Positions 1-9,706 of a stretch of DNA of 64,000 nt are shown here, one piece after another (the first letter of the stretch is position 1; each line of letters starts with the position of its first letter). The stretch covers positions 8,298 to 72,297 of the forward strand of contig JADFZT010000005.1 of assembly GCA_015232395.1 (NCBI GenBank), written 5' to 3'. This DNA comes from Magnetococcales bacterium (lineage in GTDB: Bacteria > Pseudomonadota > Magnetococcia > Magnetococcales > JADFZT01). The notes beneath the pieces are model-generated. The model had not been told where the DNA came from and did not search any database. It worked only from the letters and a program-made list of their open reading frames with translations. The position numbers and the translations under genes are program-made.

Positions 1-194
1 GAAAATCAGTTTTCAGGGGCCAAGAGAGGTGCCTGTGATCACGATCTCAGGAGGTCTGTTTCTGCCTGAGAAGTGCGTTTTTAGGAAAATATTGAGAGTG
101 ATTTGATCGCTTCCCTGCCGGGGAGGATCGACAGCATTTTTCAAGCCTCTGTGTACCAAGAATTATTGGTTATGCAAAAATTTTCAGGGGATAG

Positions 195-3100
195 TTGTCC
201 GTGGTGAGCTTTCAGGAACAATTTCAACAGCTCAGAAGTCGTTTTGCCTCAGGCCTGCCTGGCAAGATTCAGCGGATGGTCGAGGTGGGCCATGAGCTGC
301 AAGCGGGGGAAGCCAACGGCTCGGCGCTGGAGGAGATTCACGTCCTCTCCCATGGTCTGCTGGGAACCGCTGCCTCTTTTGACTATCCAGAAATCAGTGG
401 CTTGATTCGACCGGTCACCCTGCTGGTTCGCAAGTGGATGGAAAATCGGGATACCCTGACCGGGGAGGCGCTGGCCTGGCTCAAAGCCCATCTGATGGAA
501 TTGGGCCGAATGGCCAAGGTGATTGCCGATGGGCGGGAAAATGCCCCCTCCCACAATCCCATCCACTATCAGATCGAGGCTTTTCATCCCAGCCGCCCGG
601 TGCTGTTTTATTCTACCGATGACCTCTGGGCTGAAAATTTGGCCCGGGAAATTCAGAAGCGGGCCTGCTCCCCGGAGCGTTGTGACTCTTTGGAAGTGTT
701 ACATCGGCGAAGCCATGAAATTTCCCCAGTGGGTATCATTATCGACCTGGACGGGGTTGATCTGCCCGCTTTGACGGCCCTTTTTTCGCCGGATCCCCAC
801 AACCTCAAACACACCCCGGTACCCATGGCGGTGGTGGCTGATCGGGAGGATCTCGATATCCGCCTGGCTGCCGTGCGGCTGGGCTCTACCCATTTTTATC
901 CTCGACCGGTGGATCTGCATAAGCTGGTGCGCAACATCGCCCCTTGGAGTCGGGAACCGGTGGAGCGGCCTTTTCGGGTGCTGGTGGTGGATGATGACGA
1001 CGCCCTTTCGGCGCTCTATCGCACCATTCTCCAGCGTAGCGGCATGGAGGTGGCCACCCTCAATCAGCCCGCCCAGGTGCTTGAGGAGATGGCCCGGTTT
1101 GATCCGGAGTTGGTGGTGTTGGATCTCTTCATGCCAGGGTGTAACGGCATCGAGCTGGCCTGTGTGCTACGCCAGCATCCGGGGTATGCCAACCTGCCGG
1201 TTTTGTTTGTTTCCGCAGAGCAAAATTTGGGTCGTCGTCTTTCCGACCGTAATCTGGCCCACGAGGATCACCTGATCAAGCCGATCCGTCCCGCTGCACT
1301 GGTTCAGGCGGTTTTGGGCCGCATCCGCAAAAACCGCAATCGGGTTCAGGTCACCGAACACCTGCATGCATCCTTGCAGGAGTTGGAAAACATGCAGTTT
1401 GCTCTGAACCATCACGCCAGTGTCTGCGCGACCGATATTCGGGGGCGGATCACCTTCGTCAACCAGCGGTTTTGCCAGATCAGCGGCTATTCCCCTCAAG
1501 AAATCATCGGTCAGGATTTCAGCCTGCTGCGTTCGGATGATCACCCGCCGGTCTTTTTTGAGCAGATGTGGCAAACCATCAGCCAGGGGCAGGTGTGGCA
1601 CGGCCAAATTCGCAACCGGTGCAAGGATCAGAGCCATTTTTGGGTGGATGGGACCATCGTGCCCTTCCTGGACGAAGCGGGTCAGCCGTTGGAATTTGTC
1701 GCTATTTTTACCGATATCAGTCGTCAAAAGCGGGCTGAGGAAGAGGCCCGGGGCATGGCGCTTTTTGCGGTGATGAACCCGGAGCCGGTGCTGCGCTTTG
1801 ACCGGGAGGGGATCATCCTGGAGGTCAATCCCGCAGCAACCTCCCTGTTTGGGGTGATCGAAAAAAGCGGGCAGCACCTGGGACAGGTGGTGCCGGGGTT
1901 GGCGGGGGTGCGTCTGGATGCCCTGATCCGGGATGACCAGGAGGTGGCACTGGTGACTGAAATGGGTGGGCGCCACTATCATTTGGTGATCCATGGGGTG
2001 GGGGATATGGGGGTGGGACACCTCTATAGCCGGGACATTACCGAATGGAAAATGGCTGAGGAGACTCTGGAGGAGAACGAAAATCGCCTTCGGGCCATTG
2101 TCGCCAGCGCCCGGGAAGGGATTATCGTCACCAACGAAGAGGGGCGTATCGAGCTTTTCAATCCGGCCGCAGAATGCATCTTTGGCTTGAGTGCCCGGGA
2201 GCTTCTGGGTGAACCGACGACCCGGCTGTTCAATCTACCCCCAGGGGCGACCGAAGGGGGGTTGCCGCTGGCCTGTCTCGCCTCTGATGAGGAGGGTGAG
2301 GGGTGTGGTGGTGGCTGTGAACTGGAAGGGATTCACCAGGATGGCAGCCGGATTCCCCTGTGGTTTTCAGGGGGCTCCTTTGGCCTGGGTGGAAAACGGA
2401 TGTATACCGGTGTGGTGAGTGATATCACCCCCCGTAAGCGGGTGGAGACCGAACTGCGCCTGGCCAAGGAGTCGGCGGAAAAGGCCAACCGCGCCAAATC
2501 CCTTTTTCTTTCCAGCATGAGCCACGAGTTGCGCACGCCGATGAATGCGGTGTTGGGGTTTGCGCAGTTGTTGGAGTCCGATCCCCTGGAGCCGTTGAGT
2601 GAATCCCAGTTGGAGAGTGTGGAGGAGATCATCAAGGCGGGTAACCATCTGCTCTCCCTGATCAATGAAATTCTCGATCTGGCCAAGATTGAGGCGGGGC
2701 GGGTCCAGATTACTCTGGAGGAGGTGGCCCTGCGGGATGTGGTGGAGGATTGTTTGAGCCTGGTCTCTTCCCTGGCCAATAAACGGGGTATCACCTTTTC
2801 GGTGCCGGACCCCTCTTGTCACTGTGATCGCTTCATGGTCCAGGCGGATCGAACCCGCTTAAAACAGGTGCTGCTCAATCTCCTTTCCAACGCGATTAAA
2901 TATAATGAAGAGGAGGGGGGGGTCTCCATCTGCTGTGCCCGGGTTTCGGAGGCTTCGAAAGAGGGGGAGAATGCTCGGGTGCGGATTACCGTTTCGGATA
3001 CGGGGCGGGGTATTCCCGCTGCCGTCATCGACCAGGTGTTCGAGCCTTTCAATCGCCTGGGGGCCGAGGAGTCTGATCTGGGGGGAACGGGGATAGGGCT

Positions 3101-3650
3101 CGCTATCAGCAAGCGGTTGGTGGAGCTGATGGGGGGAACCATCAATGTCGAAAGCCGGGAGGGGGAGGGGAGTACCTTCTGGATTGATCTGGTATTGTTG
3201 TTGAGTCTGGATGGCAGTGAGGATAGTGAGGATGGTGCCGGTTCGGAGAGGAAAAAGTGGGGAACCAAAAATACCTTTACGGTACTCTATGTGGAGGATA
3301 ACCCGGCCAACCTGAAGCTGGTGGGGCAACTTTTAAAAAGGCGTGCCGGGGTGGAGTTGCTGGCGGCACCGGCTGCCAATCTGGGGCTCGACCTGGCCCG
3401 GGTTCGACGCCCTGATCTGATCCTTCTGGATATCAACCTTCCCGGAATGAATGGTTTTCAGGTGTTGGAGCGGCTACAAAAGGATTCCCGAACCCGACAT
3501 ATTCCGGTGGTGGCGTTGAGTGTACTTTCCTCTCCGTCGGAAATCCGACAAGGGATGGCCGCCGGATTTTTTCGCTATCTGACCAAACCCCTGGAGGTTT
3601 CCGAGCTGTTGGCCGCTCTGGATGATGCCGCCAAGCTCTCTGTGCGGTGA
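195..3650 (+). CDS. Hybrid sensor histidine kinase/response regulator (HPt-like N-terminus, receiver, PAS repeats, HisKA, HATPase_c, C-terminal receiver)
   Basis: 1151-aa ORF. Receiver 'RVLVVDDDD...VVLDLFMPGCNG'. PAS-like segments 'ATDIRGRITFVNQRF' and 'REGIIVTNEEGRIELFNPAAE'. H-box 'SMSHELRTPMNAVLGF'. ATP-lid 'SDTGRGIP...GGTGIGLAISKRLVELMGG'. Second receiver 'VLYVEDNPANL...LLDINLPGMNGF'. The TTG start at 195 is uncertain. Confidence 0.9.
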   Translation: MSVVSFQEQFQQLRSRFASGLPGKIQRMVEVGHELQAGEANGSALEEIHVLSHGLLGTAASFDYPEISGLIRPVTLLVRKWMENRDTLTGEALAWLKAHLMELGRMAKVIADGRENAPSHNPIHYQIEAFHPSRPVLFYSTDDLWAENLAREIQKRACSPERCDSLEVLHRRSHEISPVGIIIDLDGVDLPALTALFSPDPHNLKHTPVPMAVVADREDLDIRLAAVRLGSTHFYPRPVDLHKLVRNIAPWSREPVERPFRVLVVDDDDALSALYRTILQRSGMEVATLNQPAQVLEEMARFDPELVVLDLFMPGCNGIELACVLRQHPGYANLPVLFVSAEQNLGRRLSDRNLAHEDHLIKPIRPAALVQAVLGRIRKNRNRVQVTEHLHASLQELENMQFALNHHASVCATDIRGRITFVNQRFCQISGYSPQEIIGQDFSLLRSDDHPPVFFEQMWQTISQGQVWHGQIRNRCKDQSHFWVDGTIVPFLDEAGQPLEFVAIFTDISRQKRAEEEARGMALFAVMNPEPVLRFDREGIILEVNPAATSLFGVIEKSGQHLGQVVPGLAGVRLDALIRDDQEVALVTEMGGRHYHLVIHGVGDMGVGHLYSRDITEWKMAEETLEENENRLRAIVASAREGIIVTNEEGRIELFNPAAECIFGLSARELLGEPTTRLFNLPPGATEGGLPLACLASDEEGEGCGGGCELEGIHQDGSRIPLWFSGGSFGLGGKRMYTGVVSDITPRKRVETELRLAKESAEKANRAKSLFLSSMSHELRTPMNAVLGFAQLLESDPLEPLSESQLESVEEIIKAGNHLLSLINEILDLAKIEAGRVQITLEEVALRDVVEDCLSLVSSLANKRGITFSVPDPSCHCDRFMVQADRTRLKQVLLNLLSNAIKYNEEEGGVSICCARVSEASKEGENARVRITVSDTGRGIPAAVIDQVFEPFNRLGAEESDLGGTGIGLAISKRLVELMGGTINVESREGEGSTFWIDLVLLLSLDGSEDSEDGAGSERKKWGTKNTFTVLYVEDNPANLKLVGQLLKRRAGVELLAAPAANLGLDLARVRRPDLILLDINLPGMNGFQVLERLQKDSRTRHIPVVALSVLSSPSEIRQGMAAGFFRYLTKPLEVSELLAALDDAAKLSVR

Positions 3651-3748
3651 GTGGATTTGGATGTCAGCTGATTCGCGGGCTTGATCCTCTTGGAGCCCTC
3701 TTTCGGACCACCTCACTGAGAAATATACTGGATTGAACTTAAAGCCCA

Positions 3749-3785
3749 GCCTCCCTGTCTGATTCCGGGAGGCCTTTTGTTTCTG
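3749..3785 (+). terminator. Rho-independent terminator after the sensor kinase
   Basis: Stem GCCTCCC (3749-3755) pairs with GGGAGGC (3767-3773) and is followed by CTTTTGTTTC. It overlaps the TTG at 3777, which argues for the ATG at 3795 as the start of the next gene. Confidence 0.6.
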
Positions 3786-3794
3786 GAAATCTCA

Positions 3795-4472
3795 ATGAAC
3801 AGCCAACTGACCGAGTTGATTTCCGATATCATCATCTGGGCACCGGGGATCATTTTTGCCATCACCCTCCATGAGTGGGCCCACGGTTTTATGGCCGTTC
3901 GGTTCGGGGATTCAACCCCCCGGGTGATGGGGCGTTTGACCTTGAACCCCTTGCCCCACATCGATCCGGTCTGGACCATTCTGATTCCGGGTTTAATGTT
4001 GGCTACTTCTCTGCTCACTACGGGCCACCCGTTTGTGTTTGGTGGGGCCAAGCCGGTGCCGATCAATCCCCGTAATTTTCGGCGGGGATCCCTACGGATG
4101 GCGATGTTTTGGGTCTCTGTGGCGGGGCCGCTGATGAATCTGGCTCTGGCGCTTTTGTGCGCCATGCTGTTTCGGCTGGTCCTGCTCTTGCCCGATTTTT
4201 TTATGCTGCCCATGGCGCAGATGCTGTTGGCGGCGATACAGATGAACGTGTTACTGGCCGTCTTCAACATGTTACCGTTACCCCCGTTGGATGGTGGGCG
4301 GGTGGCGGTGGCGCTGTTGCCCTCCCCCTATGACCGCAAACTCGCAGGGCTTGAGCGTTATGGCCTGCCCATTATCATGATTTTGGCCTTCAGCGGTTTG
4401 TTGGGCAAAATCATCTGGCCGGTGATGGTCTCTCTGAACCGCTTTTTCATGGAGATGGCCGGGCTCCTCTGA
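3795..4472 (+). CDS. Site-2 protease family (M50) membrane zinc metalloprotease
   Basis: HExxH motif 'LHEWAHGFMAV', multiple TM segments, and the 'NMLPLPPLDGGRV' motif typical of S2P/M50. Confidence 0.8.
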   Translation: MNSQLTELISDIIIWAPGIIFAITLHEWAHGFMAVRFGDSTPRVMGRLTLNPLPHIDPVWTILIPGLMLATSLLTTGHPFVFGGAKPVPINPRNFRRGSLRMAMFWVSVAGPLMNLALALLCAMLFRLVLLLPDFFMLPMAQMLLAAIQMNVLLAVFNMLPLPPLDGGRVAVALLPSPYDRKLAGLERYGLPIIMILAFSGLLGKIIWPVMVSLNRFFMEMAGLL

Positions 4473-4664
4473 CCGCGTAAAAATAGAGATGGAACGACGC
4501 TTTGAAGGTGTGCCGTTTTTCTTGATGGATACCTCTGAAGCTTGAGTTGAAACGAAAATATTTTGTCTGATCTGAAGCCGATGACCGGCAGGTGGAACCG
4601 GCTGATCTTGTCGGTTTTACCGCCAGCTTCCCAATCGAACCTTCCGCAACACCGGAGAAATAAC

Positions 4665-5696
4665 GTGACGACCGAAAACAGCCCTTCCCGCCCCATTGTC
4701 TTGAGCGGTGCCCAACCTACGGGGGAGTTGACCCTGGGCAACTATCTGGGGGCTCTGCGTAACTGGGTGGCGGTGCAGGAGGAGAGTGACTGCATCTTTT
4801 GTGTGGTGGATCTCCACGCCCTCACCGTGCGTCAGGATCCCGTAGAATTTCGTCGTCGCATCCACGACCTGGCCGCCCTCTATCTGGCGTGTGGCATTGA
4901 TCCCCAGAAGAGCATTATTTTTATCCAGAGCCATGTGCCCGCCCATGCCGAGCTGGCCTGGCTCCTCTCCACCTTCACCCAGGTGGGGGAGTTGGAGCGG
5001 ATGACGCAGTTTAAGGACAAGGCCCAGCGCCACAAGCAAAACATCAATGCCGGGCTCTTCACCTACCCGGTATTGATGGCGGCGGATATTTTGCTCTATG
5101 GCAGCCACAAGGTGCCGGTGGGGGATGATCAAAAACAGCACCTGGAGCTTTCCCGGGATATCGCCACCCGTTTTAACGGTCAATATGGCCCGGTTTTCCA
5201 GGTGCCTGACCCCATGATTCCCAAGGGGGGAGCCCGGGTGAAGGATCTCCAGGAGCCCACCAAAAAGATGTCCAAGACCGCCCCTTCGGATTTGGCCAAA
5301 GTGATGATCTTGGATGAGCCGAAAAAAATTCTGAAAAAATTCAAAAAGGCGGTCACCGACAGCGAAGGGGTGATTCGCTACGATGAGGAAAACCAACCGG
5401 GGGTAGCGAACTTGCTCAATATTTGGCGGGTGGTGTTGGATAAAAGTGAAGAGGAAGCCTTGGCTCATTTCAGCCACAATATGTATGGCAAACTGAAGGT
5501 GGAGACTGGAGAAGCGGTGATTGAGTTGCTCACCCCGGTGCGGGAGCGTTACCACGCCTTGCGGGGAGACCAGGCGGAGCTGGAACGCATTTTGGCTGAT
5601 GGAGCCCAGCGGGCCGGTGCCCGGGCGGAAGCCACCATGAAAAAGGTGATGGATGCTTTGGGTCTACCCTTGGATACGAGGCGTTTCCGTGGCTGA
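4665..5696 (+). CDS. trpS: Tryptophan--tRNA ligase
   Basis: Class I aaRS signatures 'SGAQPTGELTLGNYLGAL' and 'KMSKT'. I chose the GTG at 4665, which has GGAGA 9 nt upstream. The ORF itself is open from 4563. Confidence 0.9.
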   Translation: MTTENSPSRPIVLSGAQPTGELTLGNYLGALRNWVAVQEESDCIFCVVDLHALTVRQDPVEFRRRIHDLAALYLACGIDPQKSIIFIQSHVPAHAELAWLLSTFTQVGELERMTQFKDKAQRHKQNINAGLFTYPVLMAADILLYGSHKVPVGDDQKQHLELSRDIATRFNGQYGPVFQVPDPMIPKGGARVKDLQEPTKKMSKTAPSDLAKVMILDEPKKILKKFKKAVTDSEGVIRYDEENQPGVANLLNIWRVVLDKSEEEALAHFSHNMYGKLKVETGEAVIELLTPVRERYHALRGDQAELERILADGAQRAGARAEATMKKVMDALGLPLDTRRFRG

Positions 5697-7272
5697 CCCG
5701 GGTTTACGGCTCCAAAAATGGCTGGCTGAAGCTGGACTCTGCTCCCGCAGGGAGGGAGAGCGGTGGATTGAGGCGGGTCGGGTATCGGTCAACGGCGAGG
5801 TGGTTTCCGGGCAGGGCAGCCGGGTGATGCCGGGGGATCGGGTGGCGGTGGATGGCCGGGTGGTGCAGCGGGCTGTCAGTCGCTATCGGGTGCTGCTCCT
5901 CAACAAGCCCACCGGTTATCTCTGTACCCGGCGGGATCCGGAGGGGCGTCCGACCATTTTTGATCTTTTTCCCAAAGGCACCGGGCGGCTGATCTCGGTG
6001 GGGCGTCTCGACTATAACTCCGAAGGGCTTCTGCTCCTCACCAACGACGGTCGTCTGGCCCATGGCCTGATGCATCCCAGCCGGGAGGTGGAGCGGGTCT
6101 ATCGGGTGCGGGTTCATGGTCGGGTGGATGACGAAATGTTGGCCAGGCTGCAACAGGGGGCGCAACTGGAAGATGGCCCGACGGGACCGGTGCAGGTGGT
6201 TCTCGATCAGGTGCCGGGGGCCAACAGCTGGCTGACGATTACCCTCAAAGAGGGTCGCAACCGCATGGTGCGGCGTTTTTTTGAGGCCTTCGAGATGGAG
6301 GTGAACCGCTTGATCCGCATCTCCTATGGGGGGGTGACCCTGGGAGAGTTGGAGCGGGGTCGCTGGCGGGAGACCAATCGGGATGAGATGAAACGGTTGA
6401 TGGAGGCGGCCCAGGCAGCACCCAAGGCCAAGCCCCAAATCGATGGGGACTCTCTTGCCAAGGTTGGTGGGGGGCTGGGAGATGACGGGACTTCCCCAGG
6501 TGATTCCACTTCGGATCCCGGTAAATTATCAGCGGGGGGATCCAGAGGACGCGGGGATTCGGTTAAACGTCCCTATCAGGGGCGCTCCAATACCCCCAAA
6601 CCTGCTTATCAGGGCCGATCCAACACCCCCTATCCATCGGGAGATGAAACCAAAAAGCCTGATGAGGGTGCGGTGGGGATGAAGCCCCCAAAGAGAGATG
6701 GTGAGAGCAGCGGCCGGAAACCCTTTCGTAGCGGTGGTGATTCAAAACCTGCCCGTAGTGATGGCGGTAGTGGCTACTCGAAATCTTCCCGTAGCGATGG
6801 TGAGAGCAGCGGTCGGAAACCCTTCCGTAGCGGAGGAGATTCGAAACCGGCCCGTAGCGATGGTGGCAGTGGAGATCGGAAACCCTTCCGTAGCGGAGGA
6901 GATTCGAAACCGGCCCGTAGTGATGGCGGTGGTGGCTATTCGAAATCTTCCCGTAGCGATGGTGGCAGTGGAGATCGGAAACCCTTCCGTAGCGGAGGAG
7001 ATTTGAAACCGGCCCGTAGTGATGGCGGTGGTGGCTATTCGAAATCTTCCCGTAGCGACGGTGGCAGTGGAGATCGGAAATCCTTCCGTAGCGGAGGAGA
7101 TTCGAAACCGGCCCGTGGCGGTGGGAGTGGTTCAAAGTTTAAAAGTGGTGGTGGCTCAAAATTTAAAGAGGGTGGCCAGAAATCCAAAGGTGGAGGCTCG
7201 AAATTCAAAGGTGGCAGCGGCTCAAAATCGCCACGTCATCGAGGGAAAGGTGGTAAACCTTCCGGCCAATAA
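5689..7272 (+). CDS. rluB: 23S rRNA pseudouridine synthase RluB-type (S4 domain plus RsuA/RluB core) with a long Gly/Ser/Lys/Arg-rich repetitive C-terminal tail
   Basis: S4 motif 'RLQKWLAEAGLCSRREGERWIEAGRVSVNG' and catalytic 'GRLDYNSEGLLLLTNDG'. The GTG at 5689 has GAGG upstream and overlaps the trpS stop. The tail runs from about residue 290 onward. Confidence 0.88.
   Translation: MADPGLRLQKWLAEAGLCSRREGERWIEAGRVSVNGEVVSGQGSRVMPGDRVAVDGRVVQRAVSRYRVLLLNKPTGYLCTRRDPEGRPTIFDLFPKGTGRLISVGRLDYNSEGLLLLTNDGRLAHGLMHPSREVERVYRVRVHGRVDDEMLARLQQGAQLEDGPTGPVQVVLDQVPGANSWLTITLKEGRNRMVRRFFEAFEMEVNRLIRISYGGVTLGELERGRWRETNRDEMKRLMEAAQAAPKAKPQIDGDSLAKVGGGLGDDGTSPGDSTSDPGKLSAGGSRGRGDSVKRPYQGRSNTPKPAYQGRSNTPYPSGDETKKPDEGAVGMKPPKRDGESSGRKPFRSGGDSKPARSDGGSGYSKSSRSDGESSGRKPFRSGGDSKPARSDGGSGDRKPFRSGGDSKPARSDGGGGYSKSSRSDGGSGDRKPFRSGGDLKPARSDGGGGYSKSSRSDGGSGDRKSFRSGGDSKPARGGGSGSKFKSGGGSKFKEGGQKSKGGGSKFKGGSGSKSPRHRGKGGKPSGQ
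6697..7119 (+). repeat. In-frame tandem repeat inside the rluB tail (units of 99/63/99/99/63 bp)
   Basis: Repeated peptide module 'DG(E/G)S(S/G)(G/D)RKPFRSGGDSKPARSDGG(S/G)G[YSKSSRS]'. The third and fourth 99-bp units differ by about 1 nt. Confidence 0.9.
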
Positions 7273-7618
7273 AGTCTGAGTTTGTGACAATGAAATTGAT
7301 TGCCTAAAAAAAATTTGATTCAGTAAAGTTGGGTCCAGTTTGGCGCTTGAATGGGATTGGAGTTTACTTTTTCAAGGAAGGTGTTTTTTTTAGGCCGTCA
7401 GAAAGGCAATAACAAACAATAGGTTGCATTTTTTTGCCCCGCCATGTTTGAGCCGATTGGCCAACCGAAGTGTGGCTCATTTTTGGCCATTTTCTTGTTC
7501 TATCTTCCTGTTGAAACGGCCCGTTGTTACAAAACGTCATTTGACGAATCGTGACGAACGTGAATATATACGTGATTTTCCGGGGAGGGGGCCCCCGTTC
7601 CAAGGAGATGGACTTTAA

Positions 7619-8038
7619 ATGGAATTTCGAGCGATACCGTGGGATGACCGGTTCAATGTGGATGTTGAAGTGTTGGACATGGAGCATAAAAAACTGCTCG
7701 ACATGATCAACGAGCTGGGCTTGGCCATGGCCGAATCCAGAGAAATCAGAGAATTGACCAAGCTGTGGGAAGCCTTGATCGACTATACCGCTTATCACTT
7801 CAAGCGGGAGGAGACGCTGCTGGACAAGCATGGCTATCCGGGTCTTTTTCAGCACCAGGAGGTGCACCGGTTCATGCGTCGCAAGGTGCGTGTTTATCGG
7901 GAGGAGTTTTTGGTGGAAAATCCCGGCCCGGAAAAAGCCCGGGAGCTGATGGTCTTTCTGGAAGATTGGCTTTTTCTGCACATCCAGGGGATGGATAAAA
8001 AATATTGTCCCCACTTGGAAAAGTGTGGTGTGCGCTGA
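7619..8038 (+). CDS. Bacteriohemerythrin / hemerythrin-like metal-binding protein
   Basis: 'IPWDDRFNVDVEVLDMEHKKLLDMINEL', 'YTAYHFKREETLL...FQHQEVHRFM' and 'WLFLHIQGMDKKY' supply the His/Glu/Asp ligand pattern of hemerythrin domains. Confidence 0.85.
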   Translation: MEFRAIPWDDRFNVDVEVLDMEHKKLLDMINELGLAMAESREIRELTKLWEALIDYTAYHFKREETLLDKHGYPGLFQHQEVHRFMRRKVRVYREEFLVENPGPEKARELMVFLEDWLFLHIQGMDKKYCPHLEKCGVR

Positions 8039-8114
8039 GTATTGAGCCTGTAAGATGGCCACAGCCTTAGCCCGGACCCTATGATGGTCCCAAACCGGAT
8101 GGAGAGCAGCTGTC

Positions 8115-9467
8115 ATGGTTCAAAAATGGATCGAGGCTTCCGCTGTCTATCTGGAACGGCGGGTGGTGGCGATCCTTTTTTTGGGATTTTCCTCCGGTCT
8201 TCCCCTGGCCCTCACCTTTGGCACCCTCTCCCTGTGGATGGCTGAATATGGGGTGAGCCGCACCACCATCGGCCTGTTTGCCCTGGCTGGCACCCCCTAC
8301 ACCCTGAAATTTCTCTGGTCTCCCCTGATCGATCGCATGCCTCTGCCCTTTTTGACCCGTTGGTTGGGGCGCAGGCGGGGGTGGGCGATATTTACCCAGT
8401 TGGGGTTGATCGGGTCCATCCTGGGTCTTGGTCTGACCGATCCGGCGGTGGATCCGGGACTCACCGCTCTCTTTGCCCTGCTGACCGCCTTTTGCTCCGC
8501 CAGCCAGGATATCGTGATCGATGCCTATCGGGTGGAAATATTGGAGGAGCGCCAATATGGGGCCGGGGCTGCGATGATCGTTCTGGGCTATCGCATCGGC
8601 ATGTTGGTTTCGGGGGCTGGGGCGCTCTATCTGGCCACCTTTACCAGCTGGTTTGTCACCTACGCCGTCATGGCTGCTCTGATCGGGGTGGGGATGGTAA
8701 CGATTTTGCTCAATCCGGAACCGGATCAAAAGCCTTCTGCCGACGCCCGGGCACAGGAAGAAAAATCAGCCGCTTGGATCAAAGGCTTTTCCGGCATGAG
8801 CGAGGGGTGGCAGCGGGCTTTTCAGTGGCTGCATGGCGCGGTGGTGAGCCCTTTTGCTGAATTCATGACCCGGCCCAGCTGGGGCATGATCCTGCTCTTT
8901 ATCCTGCTCTATAAATTTGGCGATGCTCTGGCCGGGGTGATGAGCAATCCCTTTTATGTGGACCTGGCTTTCACCAAAATTGAAATTGCCAACATTTCCA
9001 AGGTATTCGGATTTGCTGCCACCCTTGTCGGCACGGTGGTGGGGGGGGTGATGGTCAATCGGATGGGGATCCTTAAGAGCCTGGTCTGGTGCGGCATTCT
9101 ACAGATGCTTTCCAACCTGATGTTTGTGGTGCTGGCGATGGTGGGTCACAATCTGTCCATGCTGACACTCACGATTGCTATTGAAAATTTAAGCGGGGGC
9201 ATGGGAACAGCCGCCTTCGTGGCTTATCTGTCGAGCCTCTGCAACGTCGCCTACACCGCGACCCAGTATGCGCTGCTATCGTCGTTCATGGCTTTCGGTC
9301 GCACGTTGCTGGCCTCTTCCGGTGGGTGGGTGGCGGATCATCTGGATTGGGTGGGATTTTTTCTCATCACCACAGGCGCTGCGGTCCCAGGGCTGGTGGT
9401 GCTTTGGTGGATGATACGGCGCTTTCCAGAGGATTCGGGGGAGGTGTCGCACTCTTCATCCGGATAG
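8115..9467 (+). CDS. ampG: AmpG-family muropeptide MFS permease
   Basis: 'ILFLGFSSGLPLALTFGTLSLWMAEYGVSRTTIGLFALAGTPYTLKFLWSPLIDR' plus about 12-14 TM segments. Confidence 0.85.
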   Translation: MVQKWIEASAVYLERRVVAILFLGFSSGLPLALTFGTLSLWMAEYGVSRTTIGLFALAGTPYTLKFLWSPLIDRMPLPFLTRWLGRRRGWAIFTQLGLIGSILGLGLTDPAVDPGLTALFALLTAFCSASQDIVIDAYRVEILEERQYGAGAAMIVLGYRIGMLVSGAGALYLATFTSWFVTYAVMAALIGVGMVTILLNPEPDQKPSADARAQEEKSAAWIKGFSGMSEGWQRAFQWLHGAVVSPFAEFMTRPSWGMILLFILLYKFGDALAGVMSNPFYVDLAFTKIEIANISKVFGFAATLVGTVVGGVMVNRMGILKSLVWCGILQMLSNLMFVVLAMVGHNLSMLTLTIAIENLSGGMGTAAFVAYLSSLCNVAYTATQYALLSSFMAFGRTLLASSGGWVADHLDWVGFFLITTGAAVPGLVVLWWMIRRFPEDSGEVSHSSSG

Positions 9468-9516
9468 CTGGATGGCTGTTCATGGCTATCCTGATCTTGA
9501 CTTTATTGCCACGGGT

Positions 9517-9582
9517 GCAGGGTGATTATCACCCTGCCGGGTGTGGGCAGCGCCCACGGTTTGTCTTTTGATCTTGTTTTTT
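9517..9582 (+). terminator. Tandem hairpins plus T-tract downstream of ampG
   Basis: A perfect 9-bp stem GCAGGGTGA/TCACCCTGC (9517-9537) is followed by GTGGGC-AGC-GCCCAC (9543-9557) and a T-rich run to 9582. Confidence 0.55.
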
Positions 9583-9706
9583 CACCAAAGCGACCACGAT
9601 GTGCCCTATTGGTTTAGAATAACCCTAATAGCCGGTAAGGGTTACTGACAGAAACAAAAAGATAAAAAGGTGGGTGTTGAATAGCATACAGGTTGGCGGA
9701 TTTCTG

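Noticed and set aside
6563-7135. His/Arg-rich 190-aa minus ORF, and the 102-aa and 86-aa plus ORFs within the rluB tail
   Set aside because: These are alternative-frame read-throughs of the 99-bp tandem repeat. Their periodic sequences simply mirror the repeat and they have no independent start context.
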